Origin: Thermoanaerobaculia bacterium | GTDB lineage: Bacteria > Acidobacteriota > Thermoanaerobaculia > Gp7-AA8 | Direction: 5' to 3' | Assembly: GCA_041671505.1 (NCBI GenBank) | Contig: JBAZBK010000011.1 | Location: forward strand, 20,830 to 84,829 | DNA length: 64,000 bases | Shown here: positions 10,234-18,810 of the stretch, one piece after another | Numbering within the stretch: position 1 is the stretch's first letter | Layout of the letters: every line of letters starts with the position of its first letter | The notes under the pieces: model-generated | Seen by the model: the letters and a program-made list of their open reading frames with translations, nothing else | Database searches by the model: none | What the model was told of the DNA's origin: nothing | Program-made: the position numbers and the translations under genes

Positions 10234-10557
10234 TCAGTACCTCGGTATATTCGGGTTCACCGTGATTGACCAATGGTCGATTCCACCTCGGAGCGATCGC
10301 GCCCCGATTCCGTGTTGCCTGAGGAAGAGTGCTGCCTGGAGCGATCTCGCGCCGTGATGACAGTAGACGATCACCTCGCGGTCCCGCGGGATCTCCATCA
10401 ATCTCGCCGGGATCGTCTGCATGGTGATCAGGGTGCTTCTCTCGATGCGGGCGAGCTCGTTCTCCTGCGCCAGTCGAACGTCGAGAAGATAGATGTCTTC
10501 GCCCGCGGTGATGCGCGTCGCGAGCTCGTCACACGAAATCTCGATCTCGTCGATCAT
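10234..10557 (-). CDS. Rhodanese-like domain protein (single domain)
   Basis: MIDEIEISCDELA...EVIVYCHHGARSLQAALFLRQHGIGARSLRGGIDHW contains the active-site loop CHHGARS. The start at 10557 overlaps the rsmD stop (ATGA). The longer ORF to 10827 is an in-frame read-through across rsmD. Confidence 0.8.
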   Translation of the reverse strand: MIDEIEISCDELATRITAGEDIYLLDVRLAQENELARIERSTLITMQTIPARLMEIPRDREVIVYCHHGARSLQAALFLRQHGIGARSLRGGIDHWSITVNPNIPRY

Positions 10558-11117
10558 GTGTCGGAAAGAGCGAAAAACGCGATCGCGACATTCCCGTAGC
10601 GTGCGTCGCGAGTGAAGCGGAGTCTCGAAAGGGACAGATCCTCGAGCGCGGAAAGTCCCGCCCGGTGTTCGATCGCGACGATCGCCCCGGGAGAAAGCGG
10701 CAACTTCGCGTCGATCTCGACCAGCGTCGCGGTGTCGAGCTTCAGGTCGTACGGAGGATCGGCGTAGACGAGATCGAACGGAGGCTCCGATGCGATCGCG
10801 CCGAGGGCTTGCGGCAGCTTCCCGCAACGGACGTCGAGCTCCAGCTCGAGCGAGAGGGCGATTCCCGAGATGGCTGCTGCGCCGCGTTGCGACTCGTCGA
10901 TCGCGAGCGCGTTCCCCGCTCCACGCGAGAGCGCTTCGATCGAAAAGATCCCCGTGCCTGCGAACAGGTCGAGGAAGCGGGCGCCGGCGAGCCGGTCGCG
11001 AACGATGTTGAAGTACGCCTGGCGTGCACGATCCGAGGTCGGCCTGACCTCGACTCCCCTGGGCAGCTGGATCCGTCTTCCGCGAAGCGATCCTCCTGTG
11101 ACCCGGACTCCCGGCAT
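10554..11117 (-). CDS. rsmD: 16S rRNA (guanine966-N2)-methyltransferase RsmD
   Basis: Contains the DLFAGTG SAM-binding motif and the VYADPPYD catalytic motif. The 187 aa size is typical. Confidence 0.85.
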   Translation of the reverse strand: MPGVRVTGGSLRGRRIQLPRGVEVRPTSDRARQAYFNIVRDRLAGARFLDLFAGTGIFSIEALSRGAGNALAIDESQRGAAAISGIALSLELELDVRCGKLPQALGAIASEPPFDLVYADPPYDLKLDTATLVEIDAKLPLSPGAIVAIEHRAGLSALEDLSLSRLRFTRDARYGNVAIAFFALSDT

Positions 11118-11120
11118 CGG

Positions 11121-11924
11121 CTATTCGATTTCCCGCCCGAGGACCGCGTGGAAATTCGTGTACACGTCCTGTGTCGACACGTAGATCGTGATCGGGTCCT
11201 TCGTCGCCCTGAGCTCGAGCAGCGTCCCCTCGTTCTTGATCGAAATCACCTGGTAGAGCTTCTGGTCGTCCCCGATCAGCCTGTCGCCGAGCCTCGGCCG
11301 ATAGGCGATCATCGGGTTCGTGACCTCGCGGTCTTCAGAGAGAATTCTCACGAGGTCATCGAGGACCGTCCGGAGCCGTTGAATGTTCTCCGGGAGGATT
11401 CGCGAGTTGGCGAACTTGACCTCGGCCGGTGTCCCGTCGTCTCGGTAGCGCCGGAGGTACGCGGTGTCCTTCGAGATCGCAAGTCCCATGTCGAACCTCG
11501 CGAGTTCCTCGATCTGATCGATGGAAAGCAGGCTGAGGTAAATGTCGATGGCGCCGGGCGGGATGTGTACGCGCTTGCGGAGCCGCGCTCCGCCCGCGTC
11601 GATGTGGAGGACGACGAGTCCTCCTTCGAAGATCGAGACTCGCTGAAGTGATCCCGACGATTTCGAGCTGTAATCGAGCATGGGGCGGGGCAACCGCCCG
11701 TCGATCAGCTGGGAGCCGAGCGCAGGAGCCGCGCCGTTGAGCTCGGCCGAGTTGTAGTTACGGGTGTCGAGCTTGCTTTCGTCAGGTGTCGGGATCGAGA
11801 TCGCGGTGCCGAGCTCCGTCGGCACCGGGGAGTCCTGCGCCGAAGTTGGCGACGCCGACGTGAACGCGGCCACCGCGGCAATGGCCGTGGCGAGCGCGAG
11901 CTGCGTGGTCGGACGAGGCCTCAT
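11121..11924 (-). CDS. Exported hypothetical protein
   Basis: Has an N-terminal signal-like segment (MRPRPTTQLALATAIAAVAAFTSASPTSAQ), balanced amino-acid composition, and 4-nt overlap coupling with the upstream cca-family gene. No family was recognised. Confidence 0.55.
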   Translation of the reverse strand: MRPRPTTQLALATAIAAVAAFTSASPTSAQDSPVPTELGTAISIPTPDESKLDTRNYNSAELNGAAPALGSQLIDGRLPRPMLDYSSKSSGSLQRVSIFEGGLVVLHIDAGGARLRKRVHIPPGAIDIYLSLLSIDQIEELARFDMGLAISKDTAYLRRYRDDGTPAEVKFANSRILPENIQRLRTVLDDLVRILSEDREVTNPMIAYRPRLGDRLIGDDQKLYQVISIKNEGTLLELRATKDPITIYVSTQDVYTNFHAVLGREIE

Positions 11925-13165
11925 TCCTTCCGGTCTTGCTCTCTAAGATAATCCAGCGCGGCGCGGCGCGCAAAAGCCGGCGCCTCCCCCGGCGTGATCG
12001 CGCGGCCGAAAATCGCGCGGGAGGTGGCCCGCAGGGCGGCGCCGACCCATGGGCCAGGCGGCACGCCGAGCTCCGACGCACTCGAGACGAAGCGTGTGGC
12101 GACCGCCTCCTCGAATCGTTCGACGAGCGGTCGCACGGTCGGCTCCAGCAGCGCGGCAACGACCCGTTCCTCGGGCAGCATTGCGCTCAGCGTGTCGAAT
12201 ATCGCGGCGTCAGCCGACAGGGCGGTGAGCTCCCGGGTACGCCGTCGCGGATCACGCGCGATCCTGGCGAGGAGGTCGCGCGCGCGTTCTCTCATCGGTG
12301 CTCCGGCAAGCGTCCCGGCGTCGAGCCGCGCGTTGGCGAGAAAGAGTGAGAGCTTCACGAGCGTTGGGTCCGCGCCGGAGCGAGCGAACGCGTTCGCTTC
12401 ACGTTCGTACCGCTCGAGAGCTTCCGTCTCAGCCGGCTCGCGCAGTACGCCGAGAATCGTCGCGAGGGCGCCGCTTCGGGCGATCGCCGCGAGTGCTGCA
12501 GCTGCGCCGGGAGACTCGTCGCACACGTACAGAAGCTCTCTCCAGATCCTCTCCTTCGAAATTGTCGCGAACGCATCGTTCGCGATCGCGTCTGAGAGCC
12601 AGCGGTGCGTCTCGGGCTCCCATCCGAATCCGAGCCGGGCAGCGAACCGGAAGCCGCGGAGGATTCGCGTCGGGTCGTCGAGGAAGCTCGCCCCATGCAG
12701 CGCGCGCAGAAGGCGACTGCCGAGATCCGCGACACCGCCTGTCGGATCGACGAGCGTCCACAAGGAGAGCTCGAGAGCGATGGCGTTCACCGAAAAGTCG
12801 CGCCGAAGCAGGTCCTCTTCGATGCCTGCCGGCTCGACGACCGGCAGTGCGCCGGGCTGCGGGTAGCGTTCCCGGCGTGCGGTCGCAACATCGATCTCGC
12901 CGCCTTCGGGCAGTGCGACTTTGAAGGTGAGGAAGGAACCGGGGACGCGCAGTTCGGATCCCGTGTGCTGCGCGAGCTCGCGCGCGACGGTTTCCGCGTC
13001 TCCTTCGACCGCGATGTCGAGATCGCGCGAAGCGATACCCAGCAGCATGTCGCGAACCGGGCCGCCGACGAGAAAGGCGCGAGCTCCCACGCGGCGCGCG
13101 GCGCTCTCGACGATCTCGATCGCCTGCCCGGGCGCTCCTCCGGGCCTTGCGATGTCGGCCCTCAT
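11921..13165 (-). CDS. CCA-adding enzyme / poly(A) polymerase family nucleotidyltransferase
   Basis: The N-terminal motif FLVGGPVRDMLLGIASRDLDIAVEG is the GG..RD...DxD motif of class II tRNA nucleotidyltransferases. The ORF is 414 aa. Confidence 0.8.
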   Translation of the reverse strand: MRADIARPGGAPGQAIEIVESAARRVGARAFLVGGPVRDMLLGIASRDLDIAVEGDAETVARELAQHTGSELRVPGSFLTFKVALPEGGEIDVATARRERYPQPGALPVVEPAGIEEDLLRRDFSVNAIALELSLWTLVDPTGGVADLGSRLLRALHGASFLDDPTRILRGFRFAARLGFGWEPETHRWLSDAIANDAFATISKERIWRELLYVCDESPGAAAALAAIARSGALATILGVLREPAETEALERYEREANAFARSGADPTLVKLSLFLANARLDAGTLAGAPMRERARDLLARIARDPRRRTRELTALSADAAIFDTLSAMLPEERVVAALLEPTVRPLVERFEEAVATRFVSSASELGVPPGPWVGAALRATSRAIFGRAITPGEAPAFARRAALDYLREQDRKE

Positions 13166-14010
13166 CCGATCACCTCCGCATACGCGAGGCGGAGTGCTTC
13201 ACGGCGCGTCTCCGCGCGGAACTGGTCACGGACCTCCGCCGCCGCCGTGAGGATCGGCGTTGCGCGCTCCGGCTTGAAGAGCATGGTCACGATTGCGTGG
13301 GCCATCTCGTTCGGGTCGCGGCTCGGACAGAGCGCAGCCGCGCGCCCGTCGGCAGTGCGCCTGCGGTTCGCCGCGGTGCGCGTCGCGACGAGAGGCAGCC
13401 CGAGCGCGAGCGCTTCGCCGACCATGCCGTCGAGATCGGTTTCCTCGTCCGCGAGGTCGACCCAGAGGTCGAGCGTCGCCATCTCGTCGGCCGTGGGCGG
13501 CGTGTCGAAGAGAAACCAGTCGATGTCGTCGCGGAACCGCCTGATACGCGCGTCGGCGAGATCCCGGGCCGACTCGGAGCGCGAAGACTGGCGCTGCGAG
13601 CCGACGCGTCTTCGCGCGGATGCGGCGCGCGGAGGGCGAGGAGCAAAGTATTCGTCCGCCACCGGCTCGGCGATCCGCTCGGCGAGAATTCTCGCCTGCG
13701 CCCTCGGCCGGTGGCCGAAGAACGGGCGGGACGCGCCGAGGCTTCGGTCGGCGAGCCACGGCGCGCCGCCCGTCGCCGAGAGGAGCTGGTGTGGCACGGT
13801 GCCCGAGCCGTAAACGTGAAGCAACTGGGGCGCGGAGCTGCGCAACGCGCGCGCGATCTCGCCTTCGGAGCGAGCTTCCAGCCCGGGTTCGCTCCGCCCC
13901 GGAAGGCACCATCGATCCTCCGTGGGTGCCTGCGAACCGGCGCTGTCGAGGCGGAAGCACTTCAGGTCGAAATGCGAGCGGGTGGCGAGAAGGAGCCGGG
14001 CAACGCGCAT
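13162..14010 (-). CDS. Glycosyltransferase family 1-like protein (divergent, function uncertain)
   Basis: The C-terminal half resembles the GT-B C-domain (EALALGLPLVATRTAANR). The stop overlaps the cca-family start by 4 nt. Three frames are open here, and this one was chosen for composition and coupling. Confidence 0.45.
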   Translation of the reverse strand: MRVARLLLATRSHFDLKCFRLDSAGSQAPTEDRWCLPGRSEPGLEARSEGEIARALRSSAPQLLHVYGSGTVPHQLLSATGGAPWLADRSLGASRPFFGHRPRAQARILAERIAEPVADEYFAPRPPRAASARRRVGSQRQSSRSESARDLADARIRRFRDDIDWFLFDTPPTADEMATLDLWVDLADEETDLDGMVGEALALGLPLVATRTAANRRRTADGRAAALCPSRDPNEMAHAIVTMLFKPERATPILTAAAEVRDQFRAETRREALRLAYAEVIG

Positions 14011-14142
14011 CGGGGTCCATGTTAGTCCGAAACCCGATGCGGCAGCGACGTGCGGAGGCCACTCACGGACGCGGATTCGGGTCAGCCCATCGTACGGAAA
14101 GCGCTCGACTTACAGTAGAATCACGACTGCTGGTCATTCGAG

Positions 14143-15432
14143 ATGGATATTGGCGTTTGCACTGATCGTGACGATCTTCTCGGGACGCTTTCCGGGAAAT
14201 GCCCCGAGCACTCGTTTCGCCGATGCGGCGACCGGGTGAATTCCGATCTCGTGATCGTCGATCACAGTTCGGTCGCCGCGGCTCCTGCGAGTGGCGGGCT
14301 CTTTACCGTTCACGTGGGCGACGGTGGCGCTGCTCCGGCCGGGCCGGACGAGGTCTGGGTCACCGAGCACGAGATGGTGGAGCATCCGCACGCGGTGCTC
14401 GGTGCGGCCGAGCGGGTAGTCACCCTGCGACGCAGGTTGCTCGACCTCGAGGAGACGGCAGCGGCCGATGCTGAGGTGAGGAGCCTTCTCTCCGAACCCG
14501 ATCTCGAGACGTTCTGCCGCAGGGTCTCCGAAGCGCTGTCGCACAGCCTGCCCGTCACGACGACGAGCTTCTACTTTCACGATCCCGTGCGCGAGACGTT
14601 CATTCGCGCATGGAGCGATGAACGCGACACGCACACTGACGAAGAGCTCGCGACGCAAGTCCTGGAGAAACTGCACGACGTGGTGGGAGAGAAGCACCCG
14701 CACGTGACGGTGGAGACGCTCGACGGCTCGCTGCGCCTTGCGCTTCCGATGCTTTCGGGGGAAGACCTGATCGGTATTTTTGCCGGGCGAATCGAGCGCG
14801 GAGTGCAGGTTGGCGATGAGGCTCTCGACGAGGCGACGCGATACGTCGCGTCGATCATGCCTCTGATCGTGAACGCGCGGCAGTTCAGCCAGAGTCGCGA
14901 CCTCGCGATGCGCGACGACCTGACGAAGGCGTTCAACCGCCGCTTCTTCGAGAGCTACCTCGACGAGGAGATCGAGAGGACGCGCCGTTACGGCTCGGTC
15001 TTCAGCATCATCTTCCTCGATCTCGACGACCTGAAGAACATCAACAGCTCGCATGGCCACCTGACCGGCTCGCGCGTACTTCAGGAAGTCGCGAAGCGAG
15101 TGCTCACGGCGGTGCGCACGATCGACAAGGTGGTCCGGTTCGGCGGCGACGAGTTCTGCATCATCCTTCCGGAGACCGACAAGGACCAGGCGATGAGCGT
15201 GGCGATGCGCGTCCGCAAGTCGATGTCGGCCATGCCGTTCGAGATCGAGGAGACGCTCGAGGTTCGGATCACGGCGAGCTTCGGCATCGCGACGTATCCG
15301 ATTCACGCGCTGAGCAAGGACGGGCTGATCCGCCAGGCCGACGAGGCGATGTACCGCGTGAAATCGACGACGAAGAATGCGATCGGGGTCGCGGGCGAGT
15401 ACAACTCGAGCCGCGCCGGAACCGGAGTGTGA
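14143..15432 (+). CDS. Diguanylate cyclase (GGDEF domain) with an N-terminal GAF-like sensor region
   Basis: The GGDEF domain has an intact active site (RFGGDEFCIILPE) and an RxxD I-site (RTID) five residues upstream. The DDLTKAFNRRFF lead-in is present. Confidence 0.85.
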   Translation: MDIGVCTDRDDLLGTLSGKCPEHSFRRCGDRVNSDLVIVDHSSVAAAPASGGLFTVHVGDGGAAPAGPDEVWVTEHEMVEHPHAVLGAAERVVTLRRRLLDLEETAAADAEVRSLLSEPDLETFCRRVSEALSHSLPVTTTSFYFHDPVRETFIRAWSDERDTHTDEELATQVLEKLHDVVGEKHPHVTVETLDGSLRLALPMLSGEDLIGIFAGRIERGVQVGDEALDEATRYVASIMPLIVNARQFSQSRDLAMRDDLTKAFNRRFFESYLDEEIERTRRYGSVFSIIFLDLDDLKNINSSHGHLTGSRVLQEVAKRVLTAVRTIDKVVRFGGDEFCIILPETDKDQAMSVAMRVRKSMSAMPFEIEETLEVRITASFGIATYPIHALSKDGLIRQADEAMYRVKSTTKNAIGVAGEYNSSRAGTGV

Positions 15433-15481
15433 CCGGGCGCGAGCTCGCGCTGCCGGCTTCGCTTCGATCCCCCATTACGAC

Positions 15482-16621
15482 ATGTCCGAAGAGCTGACGA
15501 TCCAGGGTTCCCTCTCCGAGACGACCGTGCCCGACCTGTTCCGGACGGTCATCCGGAGCCGCGAGACCGCGGTCGTTTCGATCGCGTGCGAGTCGCGGCA
15601 GGACTCCTATTACTTCCTCGACGGCCGGCTGGCCTTCGCCTCGAGCAACTCGCGCGACCTCGGCCTTGCCGACGTGCTTCTCACCGCGGGCGAGATTTCG
15701 CTTGCACAGTACGAGGTGGCGATCTCGAAAGCGGGTGTCGCGCGCCGCATCGAGGAGGTGCTCGTCGAGACGGGCGCCGTAGCCCGCGAGGACATGCCTC
15801 GCGCGCTCGAGATGCAGATCACTCGCATCGTCAACGACGCGATCTCCCTCGGGTCGGGCGACTATTCGATCGAGTTTCTCGCTTCGTTCCCGTCCGAGCT
15901 CACCGCCGTCTCGATCGAGTCAGACAAGCTGATCCTCGCCGCAATCGGCGCGGTCGACCGGTGGAGCGTCGTCGAGCGTGGGATCGGCAGCACCGAGCGG
16001 GTCATACGGCAGCTTCCGGGCGCTGACGCGCGAGCCTTCGCGCTCGAGCTTTCCGAAGGTGAGGCCCAGGTCTTCGGCCTTCTTTCCGAGCCGCTCAGCA
16101 TCGCGACCGCGTGCGAGCGCAGCTACCTGCCTAACTTCGTCGTCTGCCGGACGATATGGGCGCTTCTCGTCGCCGGCATGGTCGAAGACGTTCGCGAGAC
16201 GAGCGACGAGGCCGGCCACGAGCGTCGCGAGATGATCGCCACCGAGTACGAGCTCGAAGGCGAGGTCGAGCGATACAACACGGTCTTTCAGGACTTCTTC
16301 GGCGTCGTCTTTCAGCGGATCGGCGATTACGCCTATGACTTCGTCGACCGCGTGGTCACGCGCGTCTCGCCGCGGAACATGCAGTACCTGACCGGCATCA
16401 GCATGGTCAACGAGGGACGGCTCGACATCGACCAGCTGCTGACCAACCTCGGCCCGGCGAACGCGCACGACAAGCGGCAGATCGTGCAGGATCTGATGAA
16501 CGAGATGCTCTACGGCTGGGTGCTGGAACTCCGGACGGAGTTCGGCGACCAGCTCGACGCCGCGATTGCCGCCGCGCAGGAAAAAATCCGAGGTACGGTC
16601 CCTGGAGCGCCGTCCCGATGA
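15482..16621 (+). CDS. PATAN/DUF4388 domain-containing protein (second paralogue)
   Basis: MSEELTIQGSLSETTVPDLFRTVIRSRETAVVSIACESRQDSYYFLDGRLAFASSNSRDLGLADVLLTAGEISLAQYE matches the DUF4388 pattern. The ATG at 15482 was chosen over the longer ORF start at 15377. Confidence 0.7.
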   Translation: MSEELTIQGSLSETTVPDLFRTVIRSRETAVVSIACESRQDSYYFLDGRLAFASSNSRDLGLADVLLTAGEISLAQYEVAISKAGVARRIEEVLVETGAVAREDMPRALEMQITRIVNDAISLGSGDYSIEFLASFPSELTAVSIESDKLILAAIGAVDRWSVVERGIGSTERVIRQLPGADARAFALELSEGEAQVFGLLSEPLSIATACERSYLPNFVVCRTIWALLVAGMVEDVRETSDEAGHERREMIATEYELEGEVERYNTVFQDFFGVVFQRIGDYAYDFVDRVVTRVSPRNMQYLTGISMVNEGRLDIDQLLTNLGPANAHDKRQIVQDLMNEMLYGWVLELRTEFGDQLDAAIAAAQEKIRGTVPGAPSR

Positions 16622-17307
16622 GGCGATTCCCGATTGCAGCTCTGCTGGCTCTTCTTCTTCTCCCGCTCGCCGCCGCCGCGGCGGCTCCTCCGAAAGGAGA
16701 GTGGGAGGCGATCGAGGCCGATTACAAGTGGCTCGAAACGCTTCGCGCCGCCGCGCCCGCGATCGATCCCGCGCTCCCGCGGAAGCAGCGGATCGAGACC
16801 TATCTGCAGAACGAGCGCAAGGTCGAGCCGGTTTACGCCCGCTTCATCGAGAAGCTCGAAAACTATTACCAGAAGACTGGCGATCCGCGTGCGGCACAGC
16901 TGTTTGCGCGCGAGAAGATCCGGATTGGCGACGGCTACATGGAGATCCTCTCGCGCTACGACCGCGCGATCAACATGTACCGCGCGGCGCTTTACATCGA
17001 CCCGAACAATGCCGAGGCGAAGACCAAGCTCGAGCTCGCGGAGGCAAAGCGCCACATCTCGCCCGACAATTTCCTCAAGGTCACCGCGGGAATGAGGGAG
17101 TCGGACGTCCAGGCGCTCCTCGGCGATCCGCGCGAAGACTGGATCCGGCAGAAAATCGAGGGCTCGCGCGTTTTCTCGGTGTGGATCTACCCGCGCCGCG
17201 ACGGCGGCGCCGCGGCCGTCTATTTCGAGAGTGGTGTCGTCTACCACACGAACTGGGATGCGGCGCCGGCGCCGGCGCCGGTTCGCGAAAAGGACGAAGC
17301 TGACTGA
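16618..17307 (+). CDS. Exported protein with TPR-like helices and a C-terminal BamE/SmpA-OmlA-like domain
   Basis: Has a signal peptide (MRRFPIAALLALLLLPLAAAAAA). The C-terminal segment FLKVTAGMRESDVQALLGDPRED...VWIYP resembles the SmpA/OmlA fold signature. The start overlaps the previous stop (ATGA). Confidence 0.5.
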   Translation: MRRFPIAALLALLLLPLAAAAAAPPKGEWEAIEADYKWLETLRAAAPAIDPALPRKQRIETYLQNERKVEPVYARFIEKLENYYQKTGDPRAAQLFAREKIRIGDGYMEILSRYDRAINMYRAALYIDPNNAEAKTKLELAEAKRHISPDNFLKVTAGMRESDVQALLGDPREDWIRQKIEGSRVFSVWIYPRRDGGAAAVYFESGVVYHTNWDAAPAPAPVREKDEAD

Positions 17308-17323
17308 CGGGAGGGTGTGAGCG

Positions 17324-17965
17324 ATGGAAGACCAGCAGCTGAACGACGATTCGCATTACGAGATCTCGCTGACCGCGACACAGGCGTTCGTAGCCTTCGT
17401 ACTGCTCCTGCTGTCCCTCGCCGCTTCGTTCGCCTTCGGGGTGATGGTAGGCCGTGGCCAGCTCGACCCCGCCGCGGCGAAAAAGTCCGAAGGGGCAGAG
17501 ACGACGGTGATCACCGAGCGGCCGATGCCGGCGATGGCGACCGCGACCGAGGCCGTCGAAGAGGCCCAACCCGAGGTGCCTGCCACCGGGACGGGTGAAA
17601 GCGTAGAGATCACACCGGCGCTGGCGACCGCCGCGCCCGCTCCTCCGAAGGAGACCGCACCCGCCAAGGCGACTCCGCCAGCCACTGCGGCCGTCATGCC
17701 GCCGGTGACGACGACTGCGGCACCGGCAACGGCTGGTCCCGCGTGGGCTCAGCTCCTCGCCACGAGCGACGCGAAACGCGCAGAGGCGCTCGCTGCGAAG
17801 CTGATCGACGTCGGCTTCACCTCCGCATTCGTCGATCGCGTCAAAGGCGAGAAGGGGACGGTCCACCGCGTCAGGGTCCGCTTCAAGAGCGAGGCGGAAG
17901 CGAGGGCGGCGGTGCCGAAACTCCAGCCTTACACCACGGAAAAAGTGCTCGTGACGATGAAGTAG
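17324..17965 (+). CDS. SPOR domain-containing protein (peptidoglycan-binding, division-associated family)
   Basis: Has an N-terminal TM helix, a Pro/Ala-rich linker, and a C-terminal SPOR-like segment (WAQLLATSDAKRAEALAAKLIDVGFTSAFVDRVKGEKGTVHRVRVRFKSEAEARAA). Confidence 0.75.
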   Translation: MEDQQLNDDSHYEISLTATQAFVAFVLLLLSLAASFAFGVMVGRGQLDPAAAKKSEGAETTVITERPMPAMATATEAVEEAQPEVPATGTGESVEITPALATAAPAPPKETAPAKATPPATAAVMPPVTTTAAPATAGPAWAQLLATSDAKRAEALAAKLIDVGFTSAFVDRVKGEKGTVHRVRVRFKSEAEARAAVPKLQPYTTEKVLVTMK

Positions 17966-18027
17966 CTTCGAGTCTGTCGGGAGCGCGGCACGGCGGCGGC
18001 AGGCTCGCCGCAGGGGAGAGAGTCGCC

Positions 18028-18810
18028 ATGCAGAAGAAGGGGCGCACCACGACGCCGCAGATCGAGACGCTTCGGCGATCGCAGCAGAAGAAGAAATCGG
18101 CTGCCGATCCCACCGAAGTGCTCGACAAGGCGATCTATCACCTCTGGGAGACGATCAACGATCTGGAGGAGATCCAGCCCGAGCGCGTCGAGCATTTCCG
18201 CGTGTCGATCTTCGGAAGCTCGCGAATCCGTCGCGGCGATCCGGTGTACGACGAGGTCAAGAAGCTCAGCTACGAGCTCGCTCACGCCGGGATCGACATC
18301 GTCACCGGCGGCGGTCCGGGGCTCATGGAAGCAGCGAACTCCGGTGCGGTCGAAGGGCAGATCGACAGCAAAGCGCGCTCGTTCGGTCTCCCGATCCACA
18401 TGCAGAGCGAAGAGCAGACGAACCCGTTCGTCGATCGGGTCTTCCGCCACCGCACGTTTTTTTCCCGCCTTCACCATTTCGTGCGCCTTTCCTCGGCGTT
18501 CGTCGTGTTCTCTGGAGGGATCGGGACTTGTCTCGAGGCGTTCATGGTCTGGCAGCTGCTGCAGGTGCGGCACATGAAGGCGCACCCGTTCATCCTCGTG
18601 GGCGACATGTGGCCCGGTTTGCGTGACTGGATGAAAGAGACGATGGGCAAGCGCGGTTTAGTAGGCCCGAACGACCTCGACCTGGTCACCATGGTCGATG
18701 CAGCGGACGACGCCATCCCGGTGATCCTCGCCGAGTACGAAGAATTCAGGAAGGAAAAGAACAGCAATGATCAGCGAACAGCAGGTACTCGACGCCCTGC
18801 GCGTAGTTAA
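18028..18810 (+). CDS. LOG family / TIGR00730 Rossmann-fold nucleotide-binding protein
   Basis: Contains VSIFGSSR...AHAGIDIVTGGGPGLMEAANSGA and later GGIGTCLE motifs. The ATG at 18028 is preceded by GGGGAGAGAG. The ORF is open from 17743, but that part overlaps the SPOR gene. Confidence 0.8.
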   Translation: MQKKGRTTTPQIETLRRSQQKKKSAADPTEVLDKAIYHLWETINDLEEIQPERVEHFRVSIFGSSRIRRGDPVYDEVKKLSYELAHAGIDIVTGGGPGLMEAANSGAVEGQIDSKARSFGLPIHMQSEEQTNPFVDRVFRHRTFFSRLHHFVRLSSAFVVFSGGIGTCLEAFMVWQLLQVRHMKAHPFILVGDMWPGLRDWMKETMGKRGLVGPNDLDLVTMVDAADDAIPVILAEYEEFRKEKNSNDQRTAGTRRPARS

